DNA from: Parasitella parasitica NRRL 2501
Lineage: Eukaryota > Fungi > Mucoromycota
Direction: 5' to 3'
Assembly: GCA_025201805.1 (NCBI GenBank)
Contig: MU619295.1
Span: 54,760 to 112,085 of the forward strand
Length of the DNA stretch: 57,326 nucleotides
Part shown: positions 52,162-57,326 of the stretch, piece after piece
How positions within the stretch are numbered: the stretch's first letter is position 1
Layout of the letters: every line of letters starts with the position of its first letter
The notes under the pieces: generated by a model
Databases searched by the model: none
The model's input: only the letters and a program-made list of their open reading frames with translations
Told to the model about the DNA's origin: nothing
Program-made: the position numbers and the translations under genes

Positions 52162-53888
52162 TTATTCTCTCCTTTGAACCATAACTTTCATACCCTCCAG
52201 CATGGGCAGAGTAAGAGACACTTGATATGTAATATTTTGACCAGCAACTAAACTAAATTTGTATCTTTTCAGTAAAAAGATTATGGCTACAAGAGCTTCT
52301 AAGGTAGCCAGATGTTGGCCTAGACAAACACGAGGGCCTGCATGAAATGCTGGCCATTGGCCTTGGCTTTCTCGGCGTAGCTCGCCTTGCTCATTAATCC
52401 ATCGCTCAGGTCGAAACACCTTTGCGTCAGCACCCCAGACCTTCTCAGAACGACCTTGAGCGTAAGGACACCATAGAATATAGTCTCCTTTACGGATTTG
52501 TGTGCCATCAGGCCAGATATCGTCATTAAGAGCATATTTTTGGTTCAGTGGGACCGAAGGGTAGTGTCTCAAAACTTCGTAAAAGACGGCGTGTGCATAC
52601 TTCATGTTCTTGATGACTTCAAACAATGCAGGCGAATCGTGCATGACGTCTGTAGTAATGTTCTCGTTGATTTCGTCAAGTAGCTTTTCTTCTACACGCG
52701 GATGACAGAGAAGCATGTAAAATGTCCACGAAAGCGCTTGCGCTGTAGTGTCTCTGCCTGCAATCACAAAATTCAGCACAATGTCACGAAGTTCATCGTT
52801 GTTCAAGAGCTCCCCTTGAGCATTGTGAGCATCCATGAATCGAGAAAGCAGATCACGGTGCACCTCTCCATTGGCGATTTCAACACGGCGCTTTTCGATG
52901 ACTTCTCTAGCAAACGAGTCGACGACATTCAAATGGTTATTCATGCTAGACTTCCAGGGCATAACTACGCTCAGCAGACGCTCGGTGATTGGCCAGATGG
53001 GATTAACAAATCGCTGGAATGTGGTTTTCTGCGCTTCATCAAAGGCAGCTGCAAACGGCACTTTGCCATTGGATTTTAACGCATTCAAGTGGACTCCAAA
53101 TCCAAGCAAAATGAAGGAGTCCAATGTGAATTTAAACATGACATCGTGGAAATCTACGACTTGGTGGTTCTCTGCTGCCTTGTCCCAAATATGGCTCGAC
53201 ATAAATTCAATCTCCTCGACAAAAACGCTACGGTTGGATATGTTATTAAGGCTGCCATGCACACAGTGCAACGAAAAAAAAACTTGGACATACTCTGTAA
53301 AATGATCTCTAAAATTCTTGACATTGAATATATGGCTTGCAGTTTTACGTTGATATTTCCAATCATTGCCATTGGCATTGAAGATACCGTTTCCAAACAA
53401 GCTGACAAGCGATGCATGAAACTCAGGGCCCTTTATGTAGTTTTCAAAATTGTCTGTTGTCGATAAAGTTGATCATAAGCTTATATTCTATGGCAGCATT
53501 ATGTATACAATAGTTTACTTTTCAATACATGCTCTACATTTCTTGGATCTAAAGTGGCAATATGACGAGGAATACCGAGAGCAGACATAGTCCTGTATGG
53601 TTGATGCTTGTTAAATGTAGTGTCATAATAATGACTTTTAAACACTTACAATGTTAAGTCGTCCATCTGTGAGAATCCTTCCAACAAGAAATCGTGCATT
53701 TTATCTTTGTGCTGGATCAAAAGGGGCAGATTGCCGACCAACGGCCAGCCAGATTGTGTTTTGATGCCTTCACGCTTTGAATCAAAAATAGCACGATCAC
53801 TGTAGATGGCCGAAAGTACAGTGATGCCAGCGACTGCAGCGCCACCGATATAACTTAACAACGGGTTTGAAGTTGTAGCAGAAGACAT
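52162..53888 (-). CDS. Cytochrome P450, CYP52/CYP86/CYP704-like (probable fatty-acid hydroxylase), 4 exons
   Basis: N-terminal TM plus WPLVGNL, GIFNANG..WK.QRK, IAGRDTTA, EVLR, FRPERW, FHAGPRVCLG heme motif. Confidence 0.93.
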
Positions 53889-55467
53889 GATTTAAATGAA
53901 AAAGGAAGAAGTAGTTTGCACTAAAAGAAAAGAGTGCTTTCTTTATATACATTGCTTTGATCCTGGCGTAGCACGATACGCTCACTTGGTACTACGAAGC
54001 TTGTTAAAGTTGTGGGGGGGGGGAGAATCACTTTTTCCCCAGTCAAAAAAAAAAAAGGACATTTATATATTCACATGAAACGAAGATCTCTTTTTAACAG
54101 AGCATTGTGAGTGTGTTCTATAACCACTATATTCTTCATCACTGTGGTACCCCACTAAACTCTGTGCCATCTCACGTGTTATTTCCTTGGTTTTTCATCG
54201 TTAGAATGAAAAACTATGCACGAATGAACTTATTTCCTTAATTGGAATACAAGTTGACATAAAAAAGTAGTGTTCGATTTGGAAACAGGTGTCATAAAGG
54301 GCATAACTCCATCGTTTCGTTATCTTCACTCGGGGGGGGGGGTTGCTGTATTGGTGTCGAATGGTACGCTCTATGCAAGTTTCGATTATGCTCTCACTGT
54401 TCAATATGCAATATTTTAGTCATTTGATTTGGGATATTTATGGATCATAGTACGATACTTGCGATCATAATACGATAAATGCCAACTCAGTAGCACATAC
54501 ACTACACAACCATATAAGCTACTCAACGTAATGTATATTATAGAAATAATGCTTATTGTATAAAGATTTTAAATACTCGCTTTCCGCCTCTGGGGTAATG
54601 TAAGGTGCGCTCTCTTTTTTGCTGTGCTGTATATCGCCCCAGGCTCTTGATTATCTCTTCTTAGCTAAAGCATTGTGTCTGATAGATACAGAAATACAAT
54701 TAGTTTATTTGAAACTATTTTGTCATGCAAAGTCTTGACCCTTTTTATAAATCACTTGCAACAATATCATGGAGGTGAAAAAAAATTTAGGTAGTTTATA
54801 TCGATTCAAAATAAGCTTTTAAAAATACTAAAGGTTCACTGGCTTTAACAAGTACTCAAAACTTGATCAGTCTCGGAAATTTACATATATAAAAAAAAGA
54901 GATGGACCTACTGCTTAAACTAATATTGAAGGACTTCTTGAATTAGCTTCATAATATATTAAAGTTTATTAAATTTTACTGAATGCAATGAGTTATTGTA
55001 TCCATCAGAAATAAAACTACATGTAGCACCTAGAATTTAAATGACTTGGTATTAGAGGTTACTGATACTCATACACATACACATTTATGCTTTGAAACAT
55101 GCAGCGCAATAAAAAATTTACGATATTGGCTATCTTCCCACTTGGAGACGATTGAATGGTGATACATTTTTGGAGGATGATGGGTGTTAAACATGTACAA
55201 ATTTGATCTTATACGTGTACACTTGATTACTATGTCAAAGGAAAAGTCCCTGCGAGTATTTTAATGTTAGGAATATTATAGATGTATGACATTAATTGTC
55301 ATCATTAGCCCACTGGCACCCTATCTATCTAGATATATATGTGACACAGTGGACATCCATTTGCACCGCTTGTTCAGAGAATGATGTAAAATGAAAGTGG
55401 CTTATGGGTAACGCCAAAATCCTTTTCATCCTAATAGCTACGCTCCTTTGTTTGACATGCTACAAAT

Positions 55468-56875
55468 ATGCGGTTGAGAAGCCACAATATCCACCCCAAC
55501 ATCGAGCTCAAGCAAGAAGAGTCAGAAGAGGACTACGCCTTTGTTATAAAAGGTGATGATTCAAAAGTTCAAGCGGCATTAAATGGTTCTGCTCTCAATT
55601 TGGAAAACGTGGAAAACACAGGCATAAGGAGACAGACATTGATATTGGGCAGTACTGAATATTACAATGAAAAAGAAAATATCGGCGTCAAGGAAGAGGA
55701 TGTAACAAAGTGCGAGGCTCTTTCATCAGGTGCATAACTTTGAATCTGCAAAGAAAACCAAAAAATACTAACAAAAAAATTCTATTGCAGATACAACCAA
55801 ATTGAATGATATACGCTACAGTTATAGATGCGAAAAGTGCAAGGAATTTTTTCCAAGTCTCAAATCAGTGGTGGAGCATCGCAAATCAGTCCATCAGGTT
55901 TTTGCCAGAAAAAGAAGTATAAAATTCATAGACGTGGAGCCAGATATACAAGATCCAAATTTCTACTGCAAGACATGCGAAGCCAAGTTTTCAAACGCGG
56001 TAGGTTACCGATATCATCTCAGAAGCTCCCACTACATCTTTGTATGGCCAAAAAAACCAGCAGACAGTAATGTGCTACCCAATCCAGAAGATCCCAACTT
56101 CTACTGCAGATCATGCAAGGTCACCTATAGAGATAAAGCTGCCTACAAGACACATTGCCTTGGTATTCATAATATGAAGCAAGAGAGACAGTTTGTCAAT
56201 CCGGATGTTGAGCCAGACATCTTGGATATCAAAAATTATTGCAGGACATGCGACAAAGTGTATTCAAATCGCTGCAACTATCGCAAACATTTGTTTACCA
56301 TTCATAGCATTGTCACCTCAGCTGCAAGAGTAACAAAATATAGAGTAATCCCAGATATGAATGATCCAGACAACTACTGCAGCGCTTGTGATAAATATAT
56401 GTCATCGAGGTCAAGCTTCAGGTATCATCTGTGGTCAATTCATTCTATAAGAGAGCCATCTCCAACAAAAAACAACAATGAATTGGAACCTGATGTCAAC
56501 GATCCCAACAACTACTGTCGTGTGTGCCGGCATAATTATGGCAGACCGAACAATTATCGCTTCCATCTTCGTTCAGTTCACCATATAGCCTTAAGGCATA
56601 TGAGTCACCCAGATCCTAACCTGCTCCCTGATCCTAATGATATGAATTTTCACTGTAACGTTTGCAATAAAACTTACAGGTCGCGAAACACATACCGAGT
56701 TCACTGCAGATCTTCTCATTGGATGGTACTGGGCCCCATTAATGAACAAAATCCTACTGCCGATATCAATGTCAATAGCCCTGAATTCTATTGCGCAAAG
56801 TGTCTTCGTCATTACAAAGGGAAAAAAGTGTTTAGGGAGCATCTGAAACGGTCTCATAATATTACGCCACCTTGA
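55468..56875 (+). CDS. Tandem C2H2 zinc-finger protein (8 fingers, PDxxDPNxYC linkers), 2 exons
   Basis: Intron 55730-55790; eight CxxC-x12-HxxxxH units. Confidence 0.85.
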
Positions 56876-57326
56876 TGTAAGTAGTAGCAAACTACCGCTA
56901 GTCTTATAAAAAGTAGATAAAGATACAATGTCAGGCCTTTTTGCACAAGTAATTGGAATCCCTGTCAATCAAAATTTGTTAATTTTCAATTGACGAAAAA
57001 TAAATAAGAGTTATCTAAAAAAAGTATGCTGGGAAACTCGCCTGGGAAACCAGCTTGGAGGTCTCCCATTTAAAATAATTGAAATTCAGATTTTGACAAA
57101 ATAAAGTGATATCATTGGATAAACTCTTATGTTATTTGACATGAAAGTGTACCTAATGCATTGAATACTGGTGTCTTTATACTGTTAATTGATTATTCTT
57201 GTATATATTCACTATAGTAGATTTTCTACTGAATATTTTTTATTGTCTAAGGTTATTTTTAATATCTTTTAAGCAGTTTATAAAAGAGCTTTACTAAAAG
57301 AAACATCGAGAAAGACTTGGAAAATA

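Noticed and set aside
55238-55410. GAAAAGTCCC resembling RNase MRP CR-I
   Set aside because: No convincing CR-V partner or P4 helix
52162-56875. P450 plus zinc finger as a secondary-metabolite cluster
   Set aside because: No backbone synthase or tailoring genes in the window

Overview
AT-rich, intron-dense eukaryotic DNA typical of a Mucorales fungus (Mucor/Rhizopus-like: ~60-nt introns, compact intergenics), with a scaffold gap at 402-1026. About 21 protein-coding genes can be reconstructed by hand: a PLD6/Zucchini-like nuclease, Xaa-Pro dipeptidase, pantothenate kinase, a Pep12/STX7-type syntaxin, TMEM62-like phosphoesterase, PMA1, queuosine salvage QNG1, ORC3, IMG2, a CorA Mg transporter, RIC1, NR2C2AP, an uncharacterised membrane protein, RPL34, VFA1, a disordered protein, ABZ1, TUP1, APS2, a cytochrome P450 and an 8-finger C2H2 protein. 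There is also a partial gene at the left edge, LINE and Tc1/mariner remnants, and a frameshifted cyanamide hydratase pseudogene missed by the ORF track. No tRNA, rRNA or CRISPR was found, and there is no convincing multi-gene functional cluster. The best leads are: (1) the membrane protein looks like a fungal homolog of the Batten-disease protein CLN6; (2) its stop codon overlaps the NR2C2AP stop codon on the opposite strand, forcing sense/antisense overlap; (3) GC-AG introns in three consecutive genes plus 10- and 13-nt microexons; (4) the cyanamide hydratase pseudogene; (5) a degenerate 19-bp periodic array beside the gap and a 220-bp tandem duplication. All homology calls come from recalled motifs, not database searches.
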